In this document: one piece after another, positions 1 through 12,240 of the stretch
Position numbering within the stretch: position 1 is the first letter of the stretch
Layout of the letters: each line of letters opens with the position of its first letter
Assembly (NCBI RefSeq): GCF_006345805.1
Contig: NW_021832240.1
Coordinates: forward strand, 1-63,822
Length of the DNA stretch: 63,822 nt
From: Octopus sinensis
Taxonomy: Eukaryota
Reading direction: 5' to 3'
Notes under the pieces: model-generated
What the model saw: the letters and a program-made list of their open reading frames with translations, nothing else
Told to the model about the DNA's origin: nothing
The model's database searches: none
Translations under genes and position numbers: made by a program

Positions 1-480
1 AGAATGCAGGTGGAACTCATAAGATTTGTGGGGACAATACTAGCGCTTTGAATATATACTCCGTAGGAACTTTATTAGACGGATTTGAAACTACATTTTC
101 GCTGCGGCTACGGATTCCCATGACTGTCTGTGGGATTGAATTTGGGATTTGAATTAGGAATTTGAATCATTGCGACTTCACCCTTATAAGAGCATTGCAG
201 TTAATCTCTCGATAGGGCTTGGTAATCCTGACCTTTGATCTAGGATTCTTCCGCTCAGCACCAACGTAAGGAACACTGTTAGTTCAGTTGAGCTCTTCGA
301 GGAGTAATACTTCACAATCCGCTACGCTACAGTCACATGACTTCGACGTATCCCTAGCACAGCGGTTGAACTGGTGCTATACCATGCCAAAAAACAGGCT
401 GTAACTATGCAGGGCACGGTAGTCATTCCGTGAGGTTATTTCAAAGTAATTTTCCATAATTGGTTTTATCTGATTTTATT

Positions 481-506
481 GATGTAGAAATATAATAATA
501 ATAATA

Positions 507-541
<35 letters not shown>

Positions 542-624
542 TAATAACAATAATAATAATAATAATATAATATAATAATAATAATAATAATAATAATATA
601 ACAATAAGGATAATAATAATAATA

Positions 625-662
<38 letters not shown>

Positions 663-667
663 TAATC

Positions 668-702
<35 letters not shown>

Positions 703-760
703 GTAATAATAATATAATAATAATATAATAATAATAATAATAATAATAATATTAATAATA
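481..760. repeat. (AAT)n microsatellite with embedded (GAT)n
   Basis: Directly visible trinucleotide runs. Confidence 0.97.
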
Positions 761-1050
761 ATGGGAATGATAGCGAAAGGGGCTGATTGCTACCTAACTC
801 AGATACCAGGAAGCCCCAAAATGGCAGAAATTCAAAAGATTGTGCTCATGGGAACTGCTCATATCCTACGCAAAATACTCTCTATGTAATTCCAAGGTTG
901 AAAACAAACTTTATTTTTATGTATTAGACATTCACTAGTACAACACCAACCCCCCCCCAAAAATATATGGCACACTAGGCATAACAACAACGTGAACTTC
1001 CAACCTGTTGTCTCTTGAGGTTTCTGGGTGAGACTTGGAGCCAACTTGTA
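761..1050 (+). mobile_element. R4/Dong-like (RLE-type) non-LTR retrotransposon, 5'-truncated 3' end
   Basis: 761-889 translates (M)GMIAKGADCYLTQIPGSPKMAEIQKIVLMGTAHILRKILSM*, matching the C-terminal IQKxxLxGTAxILRxxL motif of R4/Dong-type ORFs. A short 3'UTR follows and ends in a TAA-rich tract. Confidence 0.75.
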
Positions 1051-1083
1051 ATATAATTGATAATAATAGTAATAATAATAATA

Positions 1084-1270
1084 GACATCATTAAGAAAAA
1101 ATGCTTACTAATCGATGTATCAATACCAACAGATGACAATGTTTCTCTAAAAGAAACGAGGAAACTTTCAAAATACAAAGATCTGGAAATGTAGAATCAA
1201 AGAACAGAAACAATTTATATTATTCTAGGCGCATTATGTATGATAAAAAATATTCAAACAAATACTCAAC
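1084..1270 (+). pseudogene. R4/Dong-like restriction-like endonuclease fragment
   Basis: DIIKKKCLLIDVSIPTDDNVSLKETRKLSKYKDLEM* then RTETIYIILGALCMIK; fits the RLE IDVxIP..KxxKYxDL motif. Starts directly after an (AAT)n run. Confidence 0.75.
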
Positions 1271-1813
1271 AGTAAAGATTAGTGATACACAACTACATAA
1301 AGAGACTCACACAAAATCATTATTTATTTCATGTGAAATATGGCGAGGGTAATGCATGTTATTTAAAACGAGAAGCTGTTTCTAACATTTTAGTGTCGTT
1401 GATTGAGAACAAACATTGTAGTAAAAGATGAGTTTGCTTCTGGGTATATGCGCATCAAATAAACGTTTTTCATTTTCAAAACTGTATGTTTAGAAATATT
1501 TTTTGCGAGGATTTGACGCCATATCTTCGACCTTATCGTTTAACTTTGTAAAAGCCGTTCCTAAATCAGTCTAGGATCATAGGATTTAAGTTAAGACTAA
1601 ACATTCCATATTAATTTCATTACGATGGAGTTCCTCTGTGCAGACGATAAAATAGTCAATGCCGGAATTGTTTGAGGTGTCAGAGTTAACATGAACAAAA
1701 CAGGAGCAATATAGAGCTAACAACGAAGGAGCCGGTGACTTCGTTTTCTATACATAAGGCTATGTTAGAAAAAGATATTTAGCTTAGATAAATTATTCCT
1801 AATTATATGATGT

Positions 1814-2308
1814 GACCTCCTTCGGTCATGAATGACCATGGAATTGCACCTAGAAAGTTACCCTCCGATGTTCAAGTCCGGGCAAGGTTGTTTATGGAAG
1901 ACCAGCAGTCGTCCACGCATACCAGCCTCCCCTCTCCACGCCACCGATGTTATCCAAGGGAAAGGCAAAGTCCGATACAGCTTGGGCGCAGTAACGTCGC
2001 AGCTCATTTATTAACGTGCAAGTGGCTGAGCACTCCACAGACACGTGTACCCTTAACGTAGTTCTCGAGGAGATTCAGCGTGACACAGCGTGTGACAAGG
2101 CTGGCCCTTTGAAATACAGGTACAACAGAAACAGGAAGAAAGAGTGAGAGAAAATTGGGGTGAAAGAGTACAGCAGGGTTCACCACAACCCCCTGCCGGA
2201 ACCTCGTGGAGCTTTAGGTGTTTTCGTCAATAAACACTCTGGGAATCGAAACCGCGATCCTACGACCGCGAGTCCGTTGCCCTAACCATTGGGCCATTGC
2301 GCCTCCAC
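1814..2308 (-). mobile_element. tRNA-derived SINE with an alternative 3' module, flanked by a 13-bp TSD
   Basis: A-box TGGCCCAATGG and B-box GGTTTCGATTCC on the minus strand. Body matches copies at 23679, 43098 and 50786. TSD AATTATATGATGT at 1801-1813 and 2309-2321. Confidence 0.88.
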
Positions 2309-2665
2309 AATTATATGATGTAATCTGGTAATATCTTCATTATCGATTTGCCCTTTCAGAACTAACGCTGCAATAAAGAAGAAAAGGGTTTATTGATCTT
2401 GAAAGCAAGAATATATTTATTTAACACAAAATGAAAGAGAATTTGCTCCTAGATAATCTTGATTGCAATAAAAAGATATAAAGGGTTAGAAGTGTAAATT
2501 CGAGGCCTGTGTATTAAGACGATAATAACTGGTTTCTGTTTACACAGCTATAAATTATAGCATGTGATGCAGAATCCGAAAAGATTTCTAAAACTGTTAG
2601 AATGTTATGTATTATAGAAATGCAATGTAGTCTTTGAAAGATCAACTCTTGTTCGTTAATGGTAT

Positions 2666-3270
2666 TTGCAGAAACGTTAGCGCGCCGGGTGAAATGCTTA
2701 GCTGTATTTCGTCTGCCGTTACGTTGTGAGTTCAAATTTCGCCGAGGTCGACTTTGCTTTTCATCCTTTCGGGGTCGATAAATTAAGTACCAGTTACGCA
2801 ATGGGGTCGATGTAATCGACTTAATACCTATGTCTGTCCTTGTTCGTCCTCTCTGTGTGTAGCCCCTTGTGGGTAGTAAAGAAATAGGTATTTCGTCTGC
2901 CGTTACGTTGTGAGTTCAAATTTCGCCGAGGTCGACTTTGCCTTTCATCCTTTCGGGGTCGATAAATTATGTACCAGTTACACAATGGGGTCGATGTAAT
3001 CGATTTAATACCTATGTCTGTCCATGTTTGTCCCCTCTGTGTTTAGCCCCTTGTGGGTAATAAAAAAAAAATCATAATAGGTATTTCGTCTGCCGTTACG
3101 TTGTGAGTTCAAATTTCGCCGAGGTCGACTTTGCCTTTCCTTCTTTTCGGGGTCGATAAATTAAGTACCAGTTACGCAATTGGGGTCGATGTAATCGACT
3201 TAATACCTATGTCTGTTCAGTTTTGTCCCCTCTATGTTTAGCCCCTTGTGGGTAATAACGAAATAGGTAT
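2666..3270 (+). mobile_element. Head-to-tail trimer of a tRNA-derived CORE-like (OR2-type) SINE
   Basis: Three ~185-190 bp units, each containing GTATTTCGTCTGCCGTTACGTTGTGAGTTCAAATTTCGCCGAGGTCGACTTTGC...CCCCTTGTGGGTA. Only the first has the upstream head. The OR2/CORE label is from recall. Confidence 0.85.
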
Positions 3271-3667
3271 TGCATGTAATTGAGCCATGGAATGAGCCAA
3301 AAGAAATATAACCTTGAAGGAAATTGAACTGCGGTCGCAACATGATTCGGTCCGTCGAAATGCGACGATTTTCTGATTCATCAACACACCAAGAAAAAAG
3401 AACATACAAGGAATGATGAAATATTCCAGAGGGAATATATTGACCAATATTAACTCGTTTTAATTACAAATCAAATGAAAGAAAATTTTCGTTAATCCCC
3501 CAATACATATACACATACCTACATAGATAAATATGTACATACAAATATTCATCCACACATACATAGTTAATTGTATATGTATGTATGTATGGTATGTATG
3601 TATGTATGTATGTATTACGATAATAGCACACACATATATATATATATTTATATTTATATTTATTTAT

Positions 3668-3708
<41 letters not shown>

Positions 3709-4380
3709 TATATCTATAATGCATTTATGTATGGGGACAGGTATGTATAGAGTTAGAGAGAGCGAAAGGGAAGCGAGAGATTAATTTCAAGTTACATATA
3801 TTGCTTAAATGAAAATTTTACACCATGATTAATTAAGACGGGTAAATACTTCCGTAGAGATGGTTGTTGACACAAATTTTGTTTATCAATGTAAATACCG
3901 TGGACGTAAAACTTGTTATGCGATGTGATATGAGGCGAGCAAGCGATGATGCGATATGTGGGTGGTGCGAACGGATGCAATCTTTTAAATGATAAATAAA
4001 AGAGGAAAAGTATCTCCAATCATTGTCAGTTGATTTAAAGAGTATCTCTATTAGTTTGGTTGTATCTATAATTAAAGTCCGAAAGAAAACAAAAAAACAT
4101 AGGTATATAAATACAAGAATATATGTACACACGCATATATAAAAACGTATGCACACATACAAAGACATATATACACACCCACAAACACACACACACACTC
4201 AATTATATATAGGGAGGCCCATATGAAAAAGCATAGAATGCAACTAAGAAAAGCGTCCAAATATATACCTTTCATACAATCGTCTGGGGAATCGAGTTAA
4301 ATCGAAACTTCTTTCTATTGAAGATGAAAAGGTGTAAGCTGTATACATAACATTAAATAAACGATGTTCTGATACAGAAG

Positions 4381-4444
<64 letters not shown>

Positions 4445-4615
4445 TATGTGTGTGTTTGTGTGTGTGTATTTTTTGTCCGCGTGGGTTTGTGGATATGTGT
4501 GTTTGAATGTGTGTGTATGTACATCTGGTTGTTCCTTGCTTCTCTGAGACGGCGTGTGTGTGGTCTGTATCTATATACCTATATATATATATATATATAT
4601 ATATATACGTATATC

Positions 4616-4701
<86 letters not shown>

Positions 4702-4710
4702 CATGTACAT

Positions 4711-4744
<34 letters not shown>

Positions 4745-4826
4745 AATAATTGTAAAGATGTCAGCAAGCGTTGAGGCAAGGCAAACATCTCAAGTCATAT
4801 ACGTTATTATTATTGGAAAAATATTC

Positions 4827-4880
4827 AGTCTTACAGCTGTTTCTGGGATATCCCAGCCTATGGGATATTCCCTCATCGGA
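4827..4880 (-). ncRNA. Degenerate hammerhead motif in a PLE-type terminal repeat
   Basis: Minus strand CCGATGA (U4 to C), an ~11-bp stem II, then GAAAC-AGCT-GTA. Stem I does not pair well. Confidence 0.4.
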
Positions 4881-5435
4881 TACATATAGGGAAAATGAGA
4901 ATGGTATAGTTAATGAAATGAGGACATAGAGGACATGAGTAAAAGAATACGGATATGAAGAAAAAAGAAGCATAAAAGTCGGCAGCTCAAATTTTCGGTT
5001 TTGTAGAAATAAGTCCATAGCTGCAATCCCGCGTAAATCCATGTAGGTTCAAGTACTTATAGTGTAATGTCCAGGAAAAAGAAGCGAACATGTCAACGTT
5101 CAATAATAGAATATAGTAAACGGAGGTGGGTATTAAGTGGCAAAAATCAATGAAAAGTAAATAAATAGAAAGAAGCAGAAGAATGAGTGAGGAAGTTAAA
5201 GATTGGCGTCAAAGGTATGGCAAGGTATATAAAAAATATAGTGTCTAAATTATAAGCGTACAAAGATAGCAAAGAAGATAATGAAGTGAAGGAGTATGTA
5301 AAGAAGGATAACGTAAAAAAAGACAACAAAATATAAAATAGAGAAAAATAAATGCAATTTAAAGAGAATTGTAGGTCCGGGTGGTATTATTGTTGTCTAT
5401 ATTGGTATATATGTATATATATATATATATATTAT

Positions 5436-5484
<49 letters not shown>

Positions 5485-5574
5485 GTATGTATATGTAAAT
5501 ATATGCATTTACACAAACACACAGACATATATATATATAAGTATATATGTGCATATATATGTATAATATTAATT

Positions 5575-5649
<75 letters not shown>

Positions 5650-5654
5650 CCTAC

Positions 5655-5709
<55 letters not shown>

Positions 5710-5891
5710 AGTAGTTGAATCAATTATCTTGTCATGGATGATTCGGTTAACCGATACCTAGGTAGCAAATTCACATCAGAGAAGACACGTTTGCAGTTAC
5801 GTGCTTTCGTGTGGAAATTTGTATGGTTTTTTTTTTAAAATTAAATATATGAAAGAATGGAGTTGAACGACGAATTAATAAAATTCCTTTA

Positions 5892-5974
5892 TTTTCGACA
5901 TATGTTTCGAAGGCCGCATATTCCTAATTGCGAAGGAATAAGGAGGATATTATGCCGCTTTCTCATCAGGACAA
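5892..5974 (-). ncRNA. Type-I hammerhead ribozyme (antisense partner, GUC site)
   Basis: Minus strand CTGATGA...GAAAC-ATAT-GTC-GAAAA with palindromic stem III ACATATGT. Stem I is shortened by a substitution. Confidence 0.65.
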
Positions 5975-6075
5975 GCAAGGAACTTATGTCAACATCAAGA
6001 TGCACAAAAAACTTTTAGATGCCTGCTCACATCTAAAGTTTTTGGTGCATCTTGATGTTGACATAAGTTCCTTGC

Positions 6076-6158
6076 TTTTCCTGACGAGGAAGTGGCATAA
6101 TATACTCCTTATTCCTTCGCAATTAGGAATATGCAGCCTTCGAAACATACGTCGAAAA
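6076..6158 (+). ncRNA. Type-I hammerhead ribozyme (GUC site)
   Basis: TTTTC-CTGACGA-extended stem II-GAAAC-ATAC-GTC-GAAAA. Stem I TTTTC/GAAAA is a perfect 5 bp. Confidence 0.8.
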
Positions 6159-6966
6159 TAAAGGAATTTTGTTAATTCGTCGTTCAACTCCATTCTTTCA
6201 TATATATATATATATATATATATTTGAAGAAAAGAACGAAAATGCTACGTTTTTTAAAATTAGGTACATTTAAATTTTTTACATAATTACATTAAAAAAA
6301 CTTTTACAGAAAAATAGATAAATTAAGAAATGAAGTCAAGCGCAGGTGGTATTGAAATCATTTATTCATCCAACATGTTTCGAAGAACGCATTGAGATTA
6401 TTCTAGAGGAATGGAAAGGATGTAAAACGATGCAATCATCTCATCAGGAAAATAAAGAGACAAGACATATCAATAAGCCGTTTAAAGAACGCGTTTATCG
6501 TTGTAAACATTGGAAAAAAAGATACCTTTAGTTCCTAAAGCAATTTCTACCAATCTGTAACATTCGACCTTTAACTGTCTTCTTCCGTTTCATTTCTACT
6601 ACATACATCTATTTCCATTCTTTTAATCTTTATTCCCATTCATCCGTCACACTATATTTCGCCACTCTTGCGGTTATATTAGTTTCTTTGTTTCTCCAAC
6701 TTCTCGTTCTCTAAATTAACCTTGTCGTTAAATCTATTAACGATTTTTAAAAGCATAACATGCCAGCGTTACCCTTCAGCATATACGAGGTAATCACATT
6801 CGTTTAAAATGCCTCATCGACGTGTTTGTTTCTCTTTTTTCCCCCGAAGAGATGATTGTATTGTTTTTCATCCTGTTTATTCCCACCGGGATAATCTTAG
6901 TACTTTCTTCGAAACATATGATGGAATTATAAATAATTTGAATAGCACCTGCAATTTACTCTATTT

Positions 6967-7000
<34 letters not shown>

Positions 7001-7002
<2 letters not shown>

Positions 7003-7618
7003 CAAAAGGGACATTAGCCATTTGAATGTGGCTAGGGACATGGCAGGGCGGTGGGGGTGTTACTGATGCATTTAGCCCCAGGCGATCATCAACGTCACCA
7101 GATAGGCTTGACACCATCACGGTGTCCTCTATCCTGCAATGGCAGATCATTCCCCGAAGAAGCGGATGTCACACACGGACCCAGGTTTCAAGGTGTTTGC
7201 CTCTCGTCAACGTATGGTAGGCACCGCCCCTCGACGAACGACTCTCTGTGCAGGATATTTATATATAGATTTTCATGTAAATACATTTACTGATTTCGAA
7301 AATCTGTTCGACAGCAATAATAATTCTGTAAACGAGATATAGACAGTAACTGCTCCATAACAAAAGGGACATTAGCCATTTGAATGTGGCTAGGGACAGG
7401 GCAGGGCAGTGGGGGTGTTACGGGGAATGATCTCCCTTTGCAGGATAGAGGACACCGTGATGGTGTCAAGCCTATCTGGTGACGTTGATGATCGCCTGGG
7501 GCTAAATGCATCAGTAACACCCCCACCGCCTGCCCTGTCCCTAGCCACATTCAAATGGCTAATGTCCTTTTGTTATGGAGCAGTTACTGTCTATATCTCG
7601 TTTAGAGAATTATTATTG

Positions 7619-7620
<2 letters not shown>
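7001..7620. repeat. Complex direct plus inverted rearranged element between (TA)n tracts
   Basis: 7001-7156 is repeated in part at ~7358-7420 and inverted at 7421-7585. 7313-7420 and ~7510-7620 form inverted arms. Confidence 0.9.
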
Positions 7621-7689
<69 letters not shown>

Positions 7690-7692
<3 letters not shown>

Positions 7693-7904
7693 TCTAAATG
7701 TGACCGCATGTGTACCGTTGGCGATTTTTTTCCTCCGTCTTCCCTTCTCTGGATCTTTCCTTTCCTATGTTTCTGACGAAGAGCTCCGCTCGAAACGTAA
7801 AACCTCCTTCTTCCCTTCCTTCCTGAGCGTTCAATAATACTATATTTCTCCACGTCCTCGCATTGCTGTGTTTTCTCTTTGTGTTTTCATGTTTGGATTA
7901 ACTT

Positions 7905-7905
<1 letters not shown>
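7690..7905 (+). mobile_element. Penelope-like terminal repeat (pLTR) with minimal HHR
   Basis: Homologous to 37893-38104 (minus). Lies between two (TA)n tracts. Contains the HHR at 7769-7803. Confidence 0.75.
7769..7803 (+). ncRNA. Minimal type-I hammerhead ribozyme (GUA site)
   Basis: GTTT-CTGACGA-A-GAGC-TCC-GCTC-GAAAC-GTA-AAAC: 4-bp stem I, 4-bp stem II, loopless palindromic stem III (ACGT). Confidence 0.82.
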
Positions 7906-7972
<67 letters not shown>

Positions 7973-9623
7973 ATTTTAAAATAAACATAGCGTTACTGAG
8001 AAAAGTAATTCTTTATACATATATATATTGTACTTATTCACATAAAGAATTTCGATGGATTCCATACTGTATTCCCTGTAAATAGAGAGTCAGTAAGGTT
8101 AAGAGTGCGCATTGGCTTTAGACAACCATCAATTTCTCCACAGTACAATATGAATCAACTTTGGAAAGGCTTTTGCGAGATTAAAACGAAACAAAAGAAA
8201 AAAGAAACTGATAACAACGGAGTCAGTATTGTATAATGTCCTCTTGGAAATTCTTGACACTGATATATGCAACTGAATCTGCGCTGAGAATCTATTTCAA
8301 AGAGGGGATACGTGAGTTCGCAGACATTACAATAAAGTTAAATGTTACAAAGAAAATATGATAAAATATTTGCAGTCCGTCTTGACCTTTGTTCTTTTGC
8401 AATCTGTATTGCATTTTTGCAACTTTTTGGAACTAATTGGTTAATGAACACATTTGCAATCTTTGTGGTTACGAAGAAAGCCATTGCACTTTCGACATGC
8501 TTATAACCTCAACTAGTAAACCACCGTTTCATGCGATGTTCTATTTCATGTCTTCTATTGCCTCACTCACTTGGTAATGTAGAAGGTTTTGTGTAAAGCT
8601 CTCGAAAACGTTGTTTGATTTGTGATAAATACCTGTGAAATTCTCTGTTTCCCACTTGAGAAAAGCGTCCGTGTGACTGATTAAAGGACATCCACGTTTG
8701 ATAAGAGGGGAGGAGTAGTTGAGTGACAAGGATCAATTATAGTTAACAGGTTTTAACAAGTACTTAATTGATTCCGAGCCTTTCTTTGTTGAAGGCAAGG
8801 TGAATATCCGTTCATGTGCTGAACAGCCACGCTTTCTTTCAGTGTCGTTAATTCTCACTGTAACTCTCGTTTAGGCCTTCTGACAATATACCTGTCTTCA
8901 AATATTTATTCGCAGCGAAATTAATATCAAGCCGTTTGTGGCCTCATTGATGTTTGATCCCCAGATATCAATACCACGGTGAAAATCTCTATAGAACTAT
9001 CGGTGATTGGATTGGCAGTGACGGTAGAAACTCTGCGACAGTCTAAGAGAAATATATTCAGATAATAATAAACTGTATCCGTATTTGTCCTAAATTTGCG
9101 TTAATATTAATCCTAACTGAAACGAAGTCTTTCCGTACATATGTACATTTTGACCATGAGTGAGTCTTGATTCATTTCTGTTGAGAGAAGGCTCAATGCG
9201 CTGGAATCATTTGATTCGATTGTATATCACGTTACCTTGGTCTTCAAAGATACATCTAAAAACCTCAAAAACAATTTCAGAACTGACAATGCATAAATTG
9301 GATCCGTGCCACTTGAGAGAGAAATATGATGAATAAATAACAATTGCATCTATAACAATTGCCTAGGTACATCCCTATCATACAAGTATAAGATACGCAT
9401 ATTGGGGTCACTTCATAATGCTCGCGTATATTAAACAATACAACATCAGTTAACTGTGACAAAAAAATTAAAGCAAACTCTGAGCTTGCTACGTATCAGA
9501 CGGTCCGCAACACAAATACACCATTGAAAAGAAAGCAGTTATGGACAAAATTGATTTAGCTACTACTCTGTGCGTATATATAGATACATACAAAAAAATT
9601 CACACACATACAGACACACACAG

Positions 9624-9670
<47 letters not shown>

Positions 9671-9832
9671 ATATACACACAGAAACAAGGAGGTAGCGTA
9701 AACATAAATCATAAATTACAAGTGGAAACATCAAATGTACCGAAATACCTGAAAAAATAAAATCTTGATAATCTTACATTTTTACCACTCATGAAATAGC
9801 AATAAAGATTGTCATAACAAAGTGTTCTTGTG

Positions 9833-9880
<48 letters not shown>

Positions 9881-9988
9881 TATTTATATATATATATATA
9901 TATACATATACACACCCACACACATATATATATATATATATATACATATACACACACACACATGTATATATATGTATATATATATATA

Positions 9989-10037
<49 letters not shown>

Positions 10038-10519
10038 TATATATATACATATATTCGTATATACATACATTTATCTGTGTGTGTTTGTACTTATGATTTA
10101 TTACGGTATATATTTTTATCATATCAAATTTCAAGAAGTAAATATATGGACTATTATTTTACGAACCATTTCTAATCTGATTACCATTTCGTACGGAATG
10201 AACGAGAAATATCAATGTTTTTGTCTAGAAAACTGCTTTTCCTCCCACCACTTTACATTGCTGTTCCTTAGTATCATTTCATCTTGGTTTAACATTGCTA
10301 TTTCGTCCGTCAACAGTTATAATTATTTACCTTTCATGACAGATCCAGAGTACGAATGCACGTTTCAGTGCATAGTACATTGCTTATATTTGATGCTGGG
10401 TTCGAATATCTTACACAGCAATTTTAACTGAATGTCTCTCAATAACCTCTTGAATGTCTTCCGAGCGAAATAGCATAAACAGAGGCCCATTTGGAGATTC
10501 CGTACTAGTAGCATTTGTC

Positions 10520-10737
10520 TCTTATCTTGTTCTTGTTTTAGTCATTTCAACATGGCCATGCTGGTGCACTGCTTTGGACAATTTTAATTGAAGAAATCCA
10601 CCCCAGAGATATTTTAAGCTTAGTACTCATACTCTCGGTATCTTTTGCCATACCGCTAATTTACGAGAATGTAAATACACCAAAGACGGTGTGGGGAAAA
10701 TCACAGATGCAAAGACGCACACATAGATATATGCATG

Positions 10738-10775
<38 letters not shown>

Positions 10776-10840
10776 ACACACTATATATATATTATATATA
10801 TATATATATATATAATATATATATATGTATGTATGTATGT

Positions 10841-10880
<40 letters not shown>

Positions 10881-10912
10881 TATTATATATATATATAATA
10901 TATATATATACA

Positions 10913-10952
<40 letters not shown>

Positions 10953-11105
10953 ACAGCTCCCGCCTACCAAATCCACTCACAAGGTTTTGGTCGACCCGAG
11001 GCTATAGCAGAAGACTCTTGCCGCCTAAGATGCCACGCAGTCTGACTGAACCTGGAACCATGTGGTTTGGAAGCAAGCTTCTTTACCATAAAAGCATGCC
11101 TGTGC
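10520..11105 (-). mobile_element. Old tRNA-derived SINE with an expanded internal (TA)/(CA) microsatellite
   Basis: Head (...GGTTCCAGGTTCAGTC...GCGTGGCATCTT) at ~10955-11105 and tail at 10520-10700; homologous to 18017-18395. Confidence 0.75.
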
Positions 11106-11765
11106 TTAAAAATTATGTCTCCTTATATTAAGCCCGACTACCTGGCACGTGAGCTTGTGTAGCGCATTTCACATTTTCATGCAAGATGTGCGGATTGTGG
11201 ATATATTCATTCTTCCCATTAATCTAGGAGTCATGAGAAGTCATACACTCTCTAACATTTCTACTTAGATTGAGTGATTGATAAAATCTGAATTCATAAC
11301 AATATTGAACGCATTCATTTCGTTGTGCAATGCAATCAGTTCAAGGTTACTAATTTCATTTTAATCAAAACTAATATTCAACTAAACTCTAAATCTTTTG
11401 TATTAGCGAAGGCAAGTTCATGATTAGTTTGTGTAATAAGACTCCAACAATATGATCTTGTTGTCACTATCGATGTTCCAAATCGTTAATATCTGTCTGA
11501 TTGTGAATTTGATGAAATTTCTACATCGGGTTTTTTAACCCTCATTGCTTTCTTGACTAGGATAGAATTAATTAGGAAAATACATGCTTTCTTTCGAGAT
11601 ATTAAGACTACCCCAAGCGGTTAGCCTTAATTGAGGAATATTTTGTTGTCTTATTTCATCTAGTTTTCTGGCACCCACTTGATCATTCACTTTCCAATTG
11701 CACTGATGATAACATTACCCAAGCATTTATCACACACACACGCACACATAAACACACACACACAC

Positions 11766-12167
11766 ACTGAGGACGCTCGACCTTTATTCTCTTGAAAAAC
11801 GCCGCCGCCGTGGTGATCTCATTCTCGCCCACAACATCATAAGCGGGAAGTGTAACCTCTCGAAAGAGCTGTTCTTCACTCCTGCTCCGGAGCGTCGGCT
11901 GCGGGTCTTCCGAAAAGCTCTACCTGCGACGATTTCATCTCAATCGAAGGAGAGGAGCTTTCTCCGTCGGGTTGCGGATCCGTGGAACAAGCTGCCAGAC
12001 GAGATGGTGAAGATGCCGACGACCGCTTTGTTCAAAGCCTCCCTGGACCTCAAGTGGCCTGAACTCTTTACATGAACACCACCCTGTACTTAACTCCATG
12101 ACCCCCTACATGGCCTTGCTGTTTGCTTTTGAGCCAAATTAACTAACTAACTAACTAACTAACTAAC
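11766..12167 (+). mobile_element. CR1-clade LINE 3' end with (TAAC)n tail
   Basis: LRTLDLYSLEKRRRRGDLILAHNII...PWNKLPDEMVKMPTTALFKASLDLKWPELFT* (frameshifted). Tail TAACTAAC. Flanked by (CA)n on both sides. Confidence 0.9.
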
Positions 12168-12240
12168 ACACACACACGTAAACACACACTAATTATTATG
12201 GTGGTTATTCGCAATTTACAACCGAAAAGCAACTAGTATA

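Larger units (their letters stand above)
5851..6199. repeat. ~350-bp foldback (arms ~170 bp, 8-nt loop) with an HHR on each strand
   Basis: GAAAGAATGGAGTTGAACGACG... is the reverse complement of ...CGTCGTTCAACTCCATTCTTTC. Centre TAGATG-CCTGCTCA-CATCTA. Ends flush with (TA)n. Confidence 0.95.

Noticed and set aside
1-460. Short signal-peptide-like minus-strand frame (MTTVPCIVTACFLAW..)
   Set aside because: Stops after 34 codons; other frames are closed; nothing recognisable.
3238-3447. Hydrophobic minus-strand ORF resembling GPCR TM1-TM2
   Set aside because: Lacks convincing GN and LAxxD motifs, runs into a SINE, and has no supporting adjacent exons.
3464-5718. Many YI/IY/CV/HT-rich ORFs (also throughout the window)
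   Set aside because: They are translations of (TA)n, (CA)n and (TACA)n microsatellites, not genes.
8150-8960. Decayed GPCR pseudogene (ISLR.., RRTANIL.., YISVKNF..)
   Set aside because: The resemblance needs many stops and frameshifts and could arise by chance in AT-rich DNA.
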